The notes under the pieces were generated by a model. The model was not told the origin of the DNA and searched no databases. It saw only the letters and a program-made list of their open reading frames with translations. This document shows, piece after piece, positions 16,695 to 26,674 of a stretch of 39,294 nucleotides of DNA. How positions within the stretch are numbered: the first letter of the stretch is position 1; each line of letters opens with the position of its first letter. Where the stretch lies: contig NYYK01000002.1 of assembly GCA_002685895.1 (NCBI GenBank), forward strand, positions 1-39,294, in the 5' to 3' direction. Source of the DNA: Methanobacteriota archaeon. Its GTDB lineage: Archaea; Thermoplasmatota; Poseidoniia; Poseidoniales; Thalassarchaeaceae. The position numbers and the translations under genes were made by a program.

Positions 16695-16795
16695 GAAATA
16701 CAAAATACGAAACACGAAACAAATTAAAAATCCGAAAAAATAAAGTTTCAGATTTTGTATTTCGGATTTGTTTCAGATTTCGGATTTAGAATTTG
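16695..16795. repeat. GAAATAC/GAAACAC word repeat with inverted arm
   Basis: GAAATACAAAATACGAAACACGAAACAAATTAAAAATCCGAAA faces TTTCAGATTTTGTATTTCGGATTTGTTTCAGATTTCGGATTT. It fills the convergent spacer between the histone gene and prfB. Confidence 0.75.
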
Positions 16796-16804
16796 AATTA
16801 GTTA

Positions 16805-17882
16805 TTAACCGCGCTTCAATTCCGAATCTATGAATTGTTGTAGATCCCCATCTAACACATCCTCCGTATCACTTGTCTCAACTTCAGTCCTCAAGTCCTT
16901 AACCATCTGATATGGATGTAAGACGTAACTTCTAATTTGCTGTCCGAAGTCTGCACTTTTGGTTGCCCCCTTTAATTCCTTTTTCTTTTCGGTGTCTTCT
17001 TCACGTTGTTTTTCCAAAAGCTTAGCTCGCAGAATATTCATAGCTTGTATCCTGTTTTGTTGTTGGCTTCTTTCATTCTGACATGAAACAACTATGCCGC
17101 TAGGTGCGTGAGTAATTCTTACGGCTGAGTCAGTAACATTAACATGTTGTCCTCCTGCTCCGCTCGATCTGAATGTATCGACTCGTAAATCTTTTTCATC
17201 AATTTCAACTTCAGTCGACTCAGCAATTTCCGGAATAACTTCCACTAGAGCAAAACTAGTTTGCCTCAGATTTTTTGCATTAAAAGGGGAGAGGCGAACT
17301 AGGCGATGTGTTCCGCGTTCACATTTCAGATATCCATAAGAAGGAGATCCTGTTACATGAACTGTTACTGATTTAATTCCTGCTTCCTGCCCATTAGTTT
17401 TTTCCAAAGTATCTGTCTTCCATCCCTGTCTTTCGCAGTACCTCAGATACATTCTAAGAAGCATCTCCGCCCAATCTTGCGCCTCGGTTCCTCCCGCACC
17501 TCCGCTGATTGAAAGATAACAGTTATTCATATCAAACTCTCCACTCAGATAAAGTTGCGTCTCAATTTCCTCCCACCTACTCAGCAATTTTGCTGTCTCT
17601 TCCTCCATACTGGGGCGATCGGATTCCTCAGCTTGTCCAATCAATTCAATTAAATCCCTTGTCTCCTCAGCCAAATCCCGCACAGGCTCCCATTGGCTTT
17701 TAAGTGCCTTTAGCTCTGTAAACAAGGCATTGGCAGCCTTTTGATCATCCCAAATATCAGGGGCTTGTGATTTCTTTTCAAGCTCGGCTATACACTCAGG
17801 AATCTTCCTGGCATCAAAGAGAGTCCTTCCCCGTGTTTACGGCTGTTTGAAGTTCCTTTAATTTAGTTAGCAAGTCCTCCAT
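16805..17882 (-). CDS. prfB: peptide chain release factor 2, requires programmed +1 frameshift
   Basis: Frame 0 runs 17882..17817 (MEDLLTKLKELQTAVNTGKDSL) into an in-frame TGA at 17816-17814. A +1 shift at CTT TGA T continues DARKIPECIAELEKK... into ORF 16805..17725. SPF (RLSPFNAKN) and GGQ (SGAGGQHVN) motifs are present. Confidence 0.92.
17814..17834 (-). promoter_or_regulatory. RF2 autoregulatory +1 frameshift site
   Basis: Minus-strand ACG GGG AAG GAC TCT CTT TGA. The CUU UGA slippery/stop context has a purine-rich GGGGAAGGA upstream. Confidence 0.85.
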
Positions 17883-17937
17883 GAGGAAGGGGGAAAGTAA
17901 GTATCTGACTATTATTATAGCATTAGTGCCTCTGATA

Positions 17938-17976
17938 CAGAATTGATAATTCAGAATTGATAATTGAGAATTAAAG
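17938..17976. repeat. AATTGAT/AATTCAG/AATTGAG heptamer repeat
   Basis: CAGAATTGATAATTCAGAATTGATAATTGAGAATTAAAG, in the divergent spacer between prfB and the DUF1653 gene. Confidence 0.75.
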
Positions 17977-17977
17977 A

Positions 17978-18196
17978 GTGTTAGAGCCAGGTATTTATAA
18001 GCATTACAAAGGCAAGAAATATCGTGTTCTTGGAATCGCCAAACATAGCGAAACCCTCGAAGATTTGGTTGTGTATGAGGCTTTGTATGAAAATGAGAAT
18101 TCTAAGCTTTGGGTGAGGTCCGTGGATATGTTTAAGGAGCGATTAGTCATAAATGGCAGGGAAGTACCCAGATTTGAGTTTATTTCGTCACAATAA
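17978..18196 (+). CDS. DUF1653 domain protein
   Basis: YKHYKGKKYRVLGIAKHSETLEDLVVYEALYENENSKLWVRSVDMF...VPRFEF matches the DUF1653 pattern. The start is GTG. Confidence 0.75.
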   Translation: MLEPGIYKHYKGKKYRVLGIAKHSETLEDLVVYEALYENENSKLWVRSVDMFKERLVINGREVPRFEFISSQ

Positions 18197-18284
18197 ATCT
18201 TAACTGGCAAGTATCATAAATAGCTCTAAATCGCGTTTTCCGCTATAATTAGAGGATAGTAACTTGTATTGAGCCCGTCGAAAT

Positions 18285-18915
18285 ATGCCCAAAACAAATA
18301 CAAAAACTTCAGCTACTCATCCATCTGTGGGAGACGTACTCCACCACGTTTCTGTGCCGTTTCTTATATTCACAGCAGTTCTTTTGGGATTCTTGTCATT
18401 ATCAGCAACTTTGATTCTCCCTCAATTGACGCAGGTTGATATTGCTGGAAAAGAACACGATGCAGTAGAACTAAAGGAGCTTGTTAAGAAATTGGATACG
18501 AGAGTGCAGGAATTGGAGAGAGCAAGAGGAGAATTTGTAACCCCGCTTCGCGAGGGGCTTTTTGGAGATGCTATGGACCAGAAATACAACTCGAGAGATT
18601 TACTTTTGTTTAAATCTCAATTGGAGGAAATAACGCAACAAATTGAAACTGCCAGCCTACGCCAAGGCTACGGCCGGCGAGAAAACAAAGATACAATAAG
18701 TATTAGTTCGATGACGTTTGATCAGGAAGAGTTAAGTTTAAAAGTGGAAGGCAAGGTCCAGAATGTTGGCCCGAGAAGCATGACTGTTCTCGCACAATTT
18801 ATAAATGCTGCACAAGAATCTAAGTGGGTCTCTGATATAAGCCCTCCGAAATTCACTCGCGAACATGACGACGAGAATGGTTTTTATTCTCCATTTATTT
18901 TCACACTTCTATTAA

Positions 18916-18923
<8 letters not shown>
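18285..18923 (+). CDS. membrane-anchored coiled-coil protein (possibly PilN-like)
   Basis: 212 aa with an N-terminal TM (VPFLIFTAVLLGFLSLSATLIL), a coiled coil, then ISISSMTFDQEELSLKVEGKVQN...VLAQFINAAQES. That C-terminal part resembles the PilN layout, which is a weak call made by eye. Confidence 0.55.
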
Positions 18924-19799
<876 letters not shown>

Positions 19800-19804
19800 G
19801 TTTT

Positions 19805-19833
19805 TTGTATTGTTTCCCTTGTATAAGTATAAA
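19805..19833 (+). promoter_or_regulatory. candidate sigma-70 promoter for infC-rpmI-rplT
   Basis: TTGTAT, 17 nt, TATAAA, ending 27 nt upstream of the infC ATG. This is a pattern match only. Confidence 0.35.
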
Positions 19834-19859
19834 TACCCCTTTAACATCCTTCTGATCTA

Positions 19860-20420
19860 ATGCAAAAGCGACGAAGATACATTACAGCTTATAAACGGGA
19901 AAAACGTCCACGTATAAATGAACAGATTCGAGCGCCTCGAGTACTTCTTGTGGATGGAGAGGATGCAGAGGAGATGACACCGGAAGAGGCAATAGTTCGT
20001 GCGAAAGAACAAGAGCTAGATCTTATAGAAGTGTCGCCCAAAGCAAAGCCTCCTGTTGTAAAGATAGGAGATTTTGGCCAGTATCTTTATCAGATAAAGA
20101 AGAAGGAGCGCAAACAGCGCTCTCATAGCAAGCCCACGGAGGTTAAGACTCTACGAATGAGCTTTAGGACAGATACTCATGATATAGACAGGTTAAAAGA
20201 ACGTGCACAGGAGTTTATGGGAGAGAGACATTTGGTCAAATTTGTCATTCAACTAAGAGGTCGCGAACTTACCAACAAAGCATATGCCAAAGAAAAACTG
20301 CTTGGAGTTGTAAAGGATCTGGCAAATGTTTCCGAAGTCGAACAGGAGATCAAGCCTCAGGGGAATCAGTTTATAGTCATTTTAAGGCCGAAACGTGGTG
20401 GTAAAAAAATCGAGGATTGA
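19860..20420 (+). CDS. infC: translation initiation factor IF-3
   Basis: INEQIRAPRVLLVDGEDAEEMTPEEAIVRAKEQELDLIEVSPKAKPPVVKIGDFGQYLYQ..., followed by the C-domain. The true start codon is uncertain, because IF3 genes often use non-ATG starts. Confidence 0.9.
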   Translation: MQKRRRYITAYKREKRPRINEQIRAPRVLLVDGEDAEEMTPEEAIVRAKEQELDLIEVSPKAKPPVVKIGDFGQYLYQIKKKERKQRSHSKPTEVKTLRMSFRTDTHDIDRLKERAQEFMGERHLVKFVIQLRGRELTNKAYAKEKLLGVVKDLANVSEVEQEIKPQGNQFIVILRPKRGGKKIED

Positions 20421-20426
20421 AGGGGT

Positions 20427-20538
20427 GTCAAATTGCTAAATTGTTCGACAGAGCGTTACGCACGCTGGTTTCTGCAATTTATAGTATCTTAAGTTATTTA
20501 TTCACTCTGTGAGCAATTTGGCAATTTAACAATTTAAC
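20427..20538. promoter_or_regulatory. long imperfect hairpin built from AATTG-word repeats in the infC-rpmI spacer
   Basis: Left arm GTCAAATTGCTAAATTGTTCGACAGAG (20427-20453). Right arm CTCTGTGAGCAATTTGGCAATTTAAC (20505-20530). About 22 of 26 positions are complementary, around a loop of about 51 nt. An extra AATTTAAC unit extends to 20538. Confidence 0.55.
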
Positions 20539-20600
20539 TTATTTACCACTTTCTTAAGTTTTTTCTTTTCTTAGACTGAATCTTCAATATAATCTCCCCA

Positions 20601-20795
20601 ATGCCTAAGCAAAAATCACATTCAGGCGCTAAAAAACGTGTCCGCAGGACAGGATCCGGCAAGATTGCTATTAAGCGAGCTGGCCGCGGTCACTTGCTTC
20701 TGCAAAAGGGCAAGAAGCAGAAGAAATTAAGCAGGACTCTACTTCCAAAGAAGTCTGAGCATAAGAAGCTTAAATCGTTACTCCCGTATCTATAG
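20601..20795 (+). CDS. rpmI: 50S ribosomal protein L35
   Basis: MPKQKSHSGAKKRVRRTGSGKIAIKRAGRGHLL... Confidence 0.92.
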   Translation: MPKQKSHSGAKKRVRRTGSGKIAIKRAGRGHLLLQKGKKQKKLSRTLLPKKSEHKKLKSLLPYL

Positions 20796-21137
20796 ATGAG
20801 AGTTACACGTGGTTCAGTTCGGCACAATAGACACAAGAAAATCCGCAAACTCGCGAAGGGATATCGCGGTATGCGCAGGACTACATTTAAAAAGGCAAAT
20901 GAGGCTGTGATGAAAGCCGGAGAGCATGCTTACATTGATCGCAAAAAGAAGAAGAGAGTATTCAGACAGCTATGGATTGCCCGCCTAAATGCTGCAGTAA
21001 GAGAACAAGGAGTTTCTTATTCAAGATTTATTAAAGCTCTAAAAGATAAAAAAATTGAATTAAATAGGAAAACATTGTCGGAGCTTGCCATCAATGAACC
21101 TAAGGTATTCGAGAAAGTTGTTGAGGCAACAAAGTGA
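20796..21137 (+). CDS. rplT: 50S ribosomal protein L20
   Basis: MRVTRGSVRHNRHKKIRKLAKGYRGMRRTTFKKANEAVMKAGEHAYIDRKKKKRVFRQLWIARLNAA... Confidence 0.93.
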   Translation: MRVTRGSVRHNRHKKIRKLAKGYRGMRRTTFKKANEAVMKAGEHAYIDRKKKKRVFRQLWIARLNAAVREQGVSYSRFIKALKDKKIELNRKTLSELAINEPKVFEKVVEATK

Positions 21138-21225
21138 ATAGTGAAAAGTGAATAGTGAATAGTGCTTTATAAAATATGATTCTCTTTAGTAACTATTCAC
21201 TTTTAACTATTAACTATTCACTATT
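21133..21225. terminator. AGTGAAT/AGTGAAA heptamer repeat with inverted arm, candidate bidirectional terminator
   Basis: AGTGAATAGTGAAAAGTGAATAGTGAATAGTG faces AACTATTCACTTTTAACTATTAACTATTCACTATT. It lies between convergent rplT and the 134-aa membrane protein gene. Confidence 0.6.
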
Positions 21226-21625
21226 TATTCATTCCTTTCAACAACTTATCTCCCTCTCCATAAAGTTGAGTTGCCATTTGATCGATTACAGCTCCAAACA
21301 CAGCGGCTATTATCATTGTTTTCCAAAATAAAGGTTGGTCGGACCATGTGTAGATCGTGTAATCCAAATGAACAAAAGCAGCGATCAGAGCTCCGCGGAA
21401 AATTGGATGCATACGGAACTTAAAAACAGGATGCCATGTGAATACTCCAACGAAGGTCAGCATCGTGCCGATCACAAGTCCGTTTATTATCATCCCTGCT
21501 TGTACCATTGGTACTTTTTCTATTAGTTCGGCAGGCAGAGTAAATGCAACAGCGATTGATGCAAGAAGAGAAGCGCCAATGCAGAAGAATTTGCGTTTAG
21601 CGAGTGGTAAGGAGAGTGGATTCAT
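21221..21625 (-). CDS. hypothetical integral membrane protein (about 4 TM), last gene of the V/A-ATPase transcription unit
   Basis: 134 aa and hydrophobic. It starts 27 nt downstream of the atpD stop on the same strand. Confidence 0.6.
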   Translation of the reverse strand: MNPLSLPLAKRKFFCIGASLLASIAVAFTLPAELIEKVPMVQAGMIINGLVIGTMLTFVGVFTWHPVFKFRMHPIFRGALIAAFVHLDYTIYTWSDQPLFWKTMIIAAVFGAVIDQMATQLYGEGDKLLKGMNK

Positions 21626-21652
21626 AGTGAGAGTAGCTTATCAGTCAACTAC

Positions 21653-22273
21653 TTACTTTTCCATCTCCGCTTTAATCTTCATTGTACTTATAATTCCGGC
21701 TCGTTCAGATTCATCCAGCTTCATTGTTATATATTTAATTGTTTCGGTCATATCCGGAATCATCTTGTACTCGAGCGCGTTTACTCTTCTCCTTGTCGTC
21801 TCCAATTCAATTGCCATGCTCTCAGCTTGTTTCTCAATCTGTGCTAATTGAATCAGAATTTCGAACAGTTCATCAAACTTCTCAACTGCCTGATCCAGAA
21901 GTGCGTTAGTCCCAACAAATCCATAGTTCTTTATATTTCCTTCCTTCTTAATTTCGAAGAAGGGGATTCGCACACTCATTACGTTCTTTGTCTGCACGCT
22001 CAAACTAATCTTTGCTTCTGGACTTGAAAGAGCATTCTTTAATTGAGCATCACTCAGCCACATAGAAGCGAATAGGAATGCGCGGAAAGCATCACCTAAT
22101 TGTTCTTCAACACGTTCCCGCAGAGTCTTGGCTTCTCTGATAATACTCATAAACTGCTGCATAAGGCCGTCCTGCTTGTCCTTAAGTAGCTTATGACCGC
22201 GTTTTGCAGACTTTGCTCTGCGCTTAAGGTCCATGAGTGCCATTCGTGTGGGGTTAACTCTTAGTAAGGCCAT
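21653..22273 (-). CDS. atpD: V/A-type ATP synthase subunit D
   Basis: MALLRVNPTRMALMDLKRRAKSAKRGHKLLKDKQDGLMQQF... is a canonical V-type D N-terminus. Its ATG overlaps the upstream stop (TAATG). Confidence 0.9.
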   Translation of the reverse strand: MALLRVNPTRMALMDLKRRAKSAKRGHKLLKDKQDGLMQQFMSIIREAKTLRERVEEQLGDAFRAFLFASMWLSDAQLKNALSSPEAKISLSVQTKNVMSVRIPFFEIKKEGNIKNYGFVGTNALLDQAVEKFDELFEILIQLAQIEKQAESMAIELETTRRRVNALEYKMIPDMTETIKYITMKLDESERAGIISTMKIKAEMEK

Positions 22274-23019
22274 TATTTCTTGGGATTAGGAAGCTTCTTA
22301 ATTTCTCCGTAAAGAATAATTGTTGCGAGTGCAAAGAGAAGAATTGCGTAAGATAAAACAGTATTAGCAATTATATTTGCTGCAAATAACAGTCTGGTAT
22401 CTAAGCCTCGAGCTAGTTCATCTACTGATGCGGCTACAATGATTGCAGGGAAGAAAATTACAATTACCAAACCAAGCAAATGCCAAAAAGTAGTCCAAGT
22501 ATGGCCTTTTACTACCTCTTTGCTTCTTCTTAAGGCCTTTCTATATCCGAGCCCCTCACAAACAATTGTGACGTTATAAAATGCGGTTCTAATTGCGTAA
22601 ATAACTCCCGGAATGATCAGAAGTATGCCCCAGAAGATCGTGAAACAATCTCGAAGAATACCTGTTAAGAACATGTTAACGATATACTTGGAGCCTTCTT
22701 TTCTTACTACTGTAAAAGAACTTCTATTTCTTCCTGCTTTTGAAGTCAAAAGCCTCTTGCCTACAACTGTTATGCTGGCAATTCCCCAAATAATTATTAT
22801 CGTAAGTAAAAATTCAGCAGCTCCGATCAAGAGTAACGGACGTAAGTCAGTTTCTCTCCATGCAAACTCGCCCAACGTTTCGTTAATACCGATAGATCCC
22901 TCAACGATGTACATTCCCGTGAATGGAAGTATCAACATCCAAAGCAATATGGAGTTTAGAACCGGCTGCTTCTTGTAGAAGTCCCAGGCGGAGCCGATTA
23001 TTGAGAAAACTGAAGGCAC
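22273..23019 (-). CDS. polytopic membrane protein (DUF975/YciC-like pattern) embedded between atpB and atpD
   Basis: 248 aa with about 6 TM. Its GTG start overlaps the atpB TAG by 1 nt, and its TAA overlaps the atpD ATG by 1 nt. Motifs are IGSAWDFYKKQP... and PGVIYAIRTAFYNVTIVCEG...ALRRSKEVVKGHTW. Confidence 0.7.
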   Translation of the reverse strand: MPSVFSIIGSAWDFYKKQPVLNSILLWMLILPFTGMYIVEGSIGINETLGEFAWRETDLRPLLLIGAAEFLLTIIIIWGIASITVVGKRLLTSKAGRNRSSFTVVRKEGSKYIVNMFLTGILRDCFTIFWGILLIIPGVIYAIRTAFYNVTIVCEGLGYRKALRRSKEVVKGHTWTTFWHLLGLVIVIFFPAIIVAASVDELARGLDTRLLFAANIIANTVLSYAILLFALATIILYGEIKKLPNPKK

Positions 23020-24443
23020 TATTTCTTAGGTAAATATTTATCGATGTATTCATCCTTAACACGCTTGAGTTCTTCGCGAGGAATCTCGGTCAAAAGATCC
23101 CAGCCAATGCTAAGTGATTCATAGATTGAACGGTTTTCGGTTGGTCCTTGTCGGATGAATTCGTTTTCAAATCTCTCTGCAAACTTCAAGAATGCTTTAT
23201 CAGTCTCGGATAGCGAAGATTCACCCAAGATAACTGCAAGCTCGCGAACTTCAACTCCTCGTGCGTATGCGGCGGTAAGCTGAGCATCCATTCCGGAGTG
23301 GTCGGCACGGGTCTTTCCTTCACCTTGAGCTTTTGGTTTAAGTCTCGACAGAGATCCCATCGGAATAATCGGGGGATAGATTCCTTTTTGATGAAGTCCT
23401 CGGTCGATGTAGATCTGCCCTTCCGTAATGTATGCGGTAAGGTCCGGAATCGGATGTGTAATATCATCTTCCGGCATACTGAGGATAGGAATCTGAGTAA
23501 TGGATCCGTTCTTCCCTCTTACACGACCTGCGCGTTCGTATAAAGTCGCAAGGTCCGTGTACAGATAACCCGGATAACCTCTTCGTCCTGGAACCTCCTT
23601 TCTAGCTGCGGAAACTTCACGCAGAGCTTCGCAATAGTTGGTCATATCTGTAAGAAGAACGGTCACATGGTAGTCTTTTTCGTATGCCAAATATTCCGCT
23701 ACAGTAAGCGCTAAACGCGGGGTGGCAATTCTCTCAACTACCGGATTATCAGCAGTGTTTACAAAGAGGACTGCTCTAGAAAGTGCTCCGGTCTTCTCCA
23801 GCTCATTTTGGAAGAACTGTGCCTCCTCGAACGTCACTCCCATAGCTGCAAAGATAACGGCAAACTTCTCATCAGATTCTCCGCGTTGTTCATCCGATAT
23901 TCCTTTACCCTTCTCAACTTCTTCCGGACTTAGAACTCTCATCTGTCTTGCAAGCTGCGCTGCGATTTGGTTGTGAGGAAGTCCTGCACCCGAGAAGAGG
24001 GGAAGCTTTTGCCCTCGCACAAGAGTATTTAGAACGTCAATTGTAGAAATACCTGTCTGGATAAAGTCATCCGGATACTCGCGAGAGTAAGGATTAATCG
24101 GCGCACCGTTAATATCCAACTTCTTTTCCGGAACAATTTCGGGGCCGCCATCGATAGGCTTTCCGGAACCCGAAAATACACGTCCGAGAATATCTTCCGA
24201 TACTCCGATCTCGAATGTACGTCCTAGGAAGCGGACTTTGGTACCCTCAGTCGTGGCACCCTTGGCGTCCTCAAACATTTGGACGACTGCAAGATCCGAT
24301 CTGGCATCGAGAACTTTACCAAGGCGCTTGCTTCCGTCAACGAGCTCGATTTCACAAAGCTCATCGTAGGTTACACCTTCGATACCTTCGACCATCATCA
24401 GAGGACCGGCGATATCCGTTACGGTTTTGTAGGCTGTGGACAT
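23019..24443 (-). CDS. atpB: V/A-type ATP synthase subunit B
   Basis: 474 aa: [16 protein letters not shown]..., [50 protein letters not shown]. Confidence 0.95.
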   Translation of the reverse strand: MSTAYKTVTDIAGPLMMVEGIEGVTYDELCEIELVDGSKRLGKVLDARSDLAVVQMFEDAKGATTEGTKVRFLGRTFEIGVSEDILGRVFSGSGKPIDGGPEIVPEKKLDINGAPINPYSREYPDDFIQTGISTIDVLNTLVRGQKLPLFSGAGLPHNQIAAQLARQMRVLSPEEVEKGKGISDEQRGESDEKFAVIFAAMGVTFEEAQFFQNELEKTGALSRAVLFVNTADNPVVERIATPRLALTVAEYLAYEKDYHVTVLLTDMTNYCEALREVSAARKEVPGRRGYPGYLYTDLATLYERAGRVRGKNGSITQIPILSMPEDDITHPIPDLTAYITEGQIYIDRGLHQKGIYPPIIPMGSLSRLKPKAQGEGKTRADHSGMDAQLTAAYARGVEVRELAVILGESSLSETDKAFLKFAERFENEFIRQGPTENRSIYESLSIGWDLLTEIPREELKRVKDEYIDKYLPKK

Positions 24444-24446
24444 ATG

Positions 24447-24543
24447 ATTAGTGGGTAGTTGGTAGGTTGTAGTAGTGTTGGGGGTCGCTTGTCACTAGTC
24501 ACTGGTCAATTGTCAAAAGCGAGCGAAGCGAGCGTGTCAATTG
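24447..24543. repeat. word repeats (TAGTTGG-type; GTCACT/GTCAAT-type; AGCGAGCGA) in the atpA-atpB spacer
   Basis: TAGTGGGTAGTTGGTAGGTTGTAGTAGTGTTGGGG, then GTCACTAGTCACTGGTCAATTGTCAAAAGCGAGCGAAGCGAGCGTGTCAATTG. Confidence 0.7.
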
Positions 24544-26355
24544 TTAAGCGGTAGCAACAGGTTCTTCAGACACGGTCTTTGTCTCTGCGCCGGACTCCTT
24601 GAGTCCAGCCATCTGGCTTCTGATCTTGTCTTCGATCTTATCAAACTCGGCCTCCATTCCTTCTTCGGGGATAAAGCTGCACTTTGTGATGTCTTCTTTG
24701 ACTATGAGCTTCTGAACTCGCAGAAAATCAAAATCTTCCTGATCGATTACAGGTAAAGCTGTATCCATGAATAGCAAGATTGCTCGCATCATTCTGTATT
24801 GCTTCTTGATTGATGTGTAAGCGTCTACTGGATCAAGAGCATTTTGGAATAGGAAGTCCTCTCGAATCATTTTCGCAACATCAAGCGTCAGTTGCTCTTT
24901 GGGTGACAGTGCTTCCGTACCAACAAGCCTTACAATTTCCTCAAGCTTGCTTTCTTGCTGAAGAATTTCTGATGTGCGAGTTCTATTCTTTGAAAAGTCT
25001 TCCGCAACTTCCTTTGAGTAGAAGTTTTCTAATGCTTCTGTGTAAAGCGAGTAGCTTTGAAGCCAGTTGATGGAAGGGAAGTGCCTCTTGTAAGTCAGTT
25101 TCGCATCCAATGCCCAGAAGACTTTGGTAACTCGGAGAGTATTTTGCGTAACAGGCTCAGAGAAGTCCCCACCTGGAGGCGAAACGGCTCCAATTGCAGT
25201 CAGCGAACCACGTCTTTCGTCAGTTCCAAGGCATTCACATGCTCCAGTTCTTTCATAGAATCCTGCAGTTCGCGATCCAAGGTAAGCCGGGTATCCTTCT
25301 TCACCAGGCATTTCCTGAAGTCGTCCGGACATCTCGCGCATTGCCTCTGCCCAGCGTGAAGTCGAGTCAGCCATAAGAGCAACGTCATATCCCATATCTC
25401 TGTAATACTCAGCAATCGTAATTCCTGTGTAAACAGATGCTTCACGAGCGGCTACAGGCATGTTCGAAGTATTCGCAATCAGAACAGTTCGTTTCATCAG
25501 AGGCTCACCTGTGTTTGGATCTTCTAGTTCCGGGAACTCTTTAAGTACATCCGTCATCTCGTTGCCTCGCTCTCCGCATCCGATGTAAACGATAACCTGA
25601 GCGTCGGCAAACTTTGCCAAGCTTTGCTGTGTAACAGTCTTACCTGCTCCGAAAGGCCCCGGGATTGCGCCTGCTCCTCCTCTTGCAATTGGGAACAGGG
25701 TATCCAGAACGCGCATTCCGGTTGCCAAAGGTTCTGTGGGCAAAAGTTTCTTACCTGTTGGGCGTGGTACGCGGATAGGCCACTTCTGAAGCATCATAAT
25801 GTCTTCATCTTTGCCATCAACTTTGATTGTTGCAATCGTATCTTCGATTGTGAAACTTCCGGACTTAATATCCTTCAAAGTTCCACCTTTCCCCGGAGGA
25901 ACCATTACTTTGTGTTCAATCAAAGTTGTTTCCTGAACAGTTCCCAAGATATCTCCCTCAGCCACCTCATCTCCGCTACTTGCAATTGCTTCGAAATCCC
26001 ACTTTCTATCACGGTCCAACCCCGGCGCTTCGATTCCGCGAGTGATGTATTGGCTTTTCGCTTTCTCCTCGATCAATTTAAGAGGGCGCTGGATTCCATC
26101 GTAGAATTGCTCCAGAAGACCGGGTGCAAGTTCTACAGAAAGTGTTGCGCCAGTCAGTTCAACAGGCTCACCCGGACCTACGCCGGCTGTTTCTTCGTAA
26201 ACCTGAATAGAACCTTCGTCTCCGTGAAGCTCGATTACTTCTCCTACGAGTTTCTCTTTGGAGACGCGTACAACCTCGTTCATCTTGGCATGTTTCATAC
26301 CTTTTGCGACTACGAGGGGACCGACGACCTTCACAATTGTTGGTTGGTTTGTCAT
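24544..26355 (-). CDS. atpA: V/A-type ATP synthase catalytic subunit A
   Basis: 603 aa with Walker A GPFGAGKTV, then VYIGCGERGNEMTDVL, ADSTSRWAEAMREMSGRLQEMPGEEGYPAYL. Confidence 0.96.
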   Translation of the reverse strand: MTNQPTIVKVVGPLVVAKGMKHAKMNEVVRVSKEKLVGEVIELHGDEGSIQVYEETAGVGPGEPVELTGATLSVELAPGLLEQFYDGIQRPLKLIEEKAKSQYITRGIEAPGLDRDRKWDFEAIASSGDEVAEGDILGTVQETTLIEHKVMVPPGKGGTLKDIKSGSFTIEDTIATIKVDGKDEDIMMLQKWPIRVPRPTGKKLLPTEPLATGMRVLDTLFPIARGGAGAIPGPFGAGKTVTQQSLAKFADAQVIVYIGCGERGNEMTDVLKEFPELEDPNTGEPLMKRTVLIANTSNMPVAAREASVYTGITIAEYYRDMGYDVALMADSTSRWAEAMREMSGRLQEMPGEEGYPAYLGSRTAGFYERTGACECLGTDERRGSLTAIGAVSPPGGDFSEPVTQNTLRVTKVFWALDAKLTYKRHFPSINWLQSYSLYTEALENFYSKEVAEDFSKNRTRTSEILQQESKLEEIVRLVGTEALSPKEQLTLDVAKMIREDFLFQNALDPVDAYTSIKKQYRMMRAILLFMDTALPVIDQEDFDFLRVQKLIVKEDITKCSFIPEEGMEAEFDKIEDKIRSQMAGLKESGAETKTVSEEPVATA

Positions 26356-26361
26356 GATGGG

Positions 26362-26392
26362 AAAGTTAAAAGTTAAAAGTTAATAGTGAAAT
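26362..26392. repeat. AAGTTAA/AGTGAAA heptamer repeat
   Basis: AAAGTTAAAAGTTAAAAGTTAATAGTGAAAT. Confidence 0.75.
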
Positions 26393-26393
26393 G

Positions 26394-26645
26394 TTATGAA
26401 TCAGCCGTTGGAGTTAACGCATCTCGAATTTTAAAACAACTTGGCAAATGATAATCTTGCCGTACAACTGCTGCTGCTGCTTCACCGGTTCTATCGGTTG
26501 AACCAAGAAGTGTTTGAGCAACCAGTGCCTGATCAACTGCTTGCTGTTCGTGGAAATTACGTGGTTCAAATCTTTTTACATTTGTACCGGGTTCTATGGC
26601 TAATTGTTGAGCCCGGATAATGGATCTATCTGTTTCGAATAACAT
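26394..26645 (-). CDS. hypothetical soluble protein (83 aa) between atpF and atpA
   Basis: ORF only. It fills the F-A gap, is bracketed on both sides by heptamer-repeat spacers, and has no recognised motif. Confidence 0.45.
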   Translation of the reverse strand: MLFETDRSIIRAQQLAIEPGTNVKRFEPRNFHEQQAVDQALVAQTLLGSTDRTGEAAAAVVRQDYHLPSCFKIRDALTPTADS

Positions 26646-26674
26646 GGTTAAAGAGTTAAAAATTAAAAAGTTAC
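26646..26674. repeat. AGTTAAA-type heptamer repeat
   Basis: GGTTAAAGAGTTAAAAATTAAAAAGTTAC. Confidence 0.65.

Noticed and set aside
16805-17882. Alternative genetic code (UGA recoded), as in some candidate phyla
   Set aside because: RF2 is present with a UGA-dependent frameshift site. Conserved genes (rpmB, the sigma gene, rplT) end cleanly at TGA at family-typical lengths.
18652-18685. GC-rich patch (GCCAGCCTACGCCAAGGCTACGGCCGGCGAG, encoding ASLRQGYGRR) in the PilN-like ORF, as a third in-frame palindromic insertion
   Set aside because: It is a compositional spike and the peptide is reminiscent of the others. But I could not find a clear stem-loop or the shared loop motif, so the evidence is insufficient.
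25624-26376. 250-aa plus-strand ORF
   Set aside because: It is entirely antisense to the highly conserved atpA. The sequence is Cys/Ser/Phe-rich with no motif. It is an open-frame shadow of a strongly coding region.
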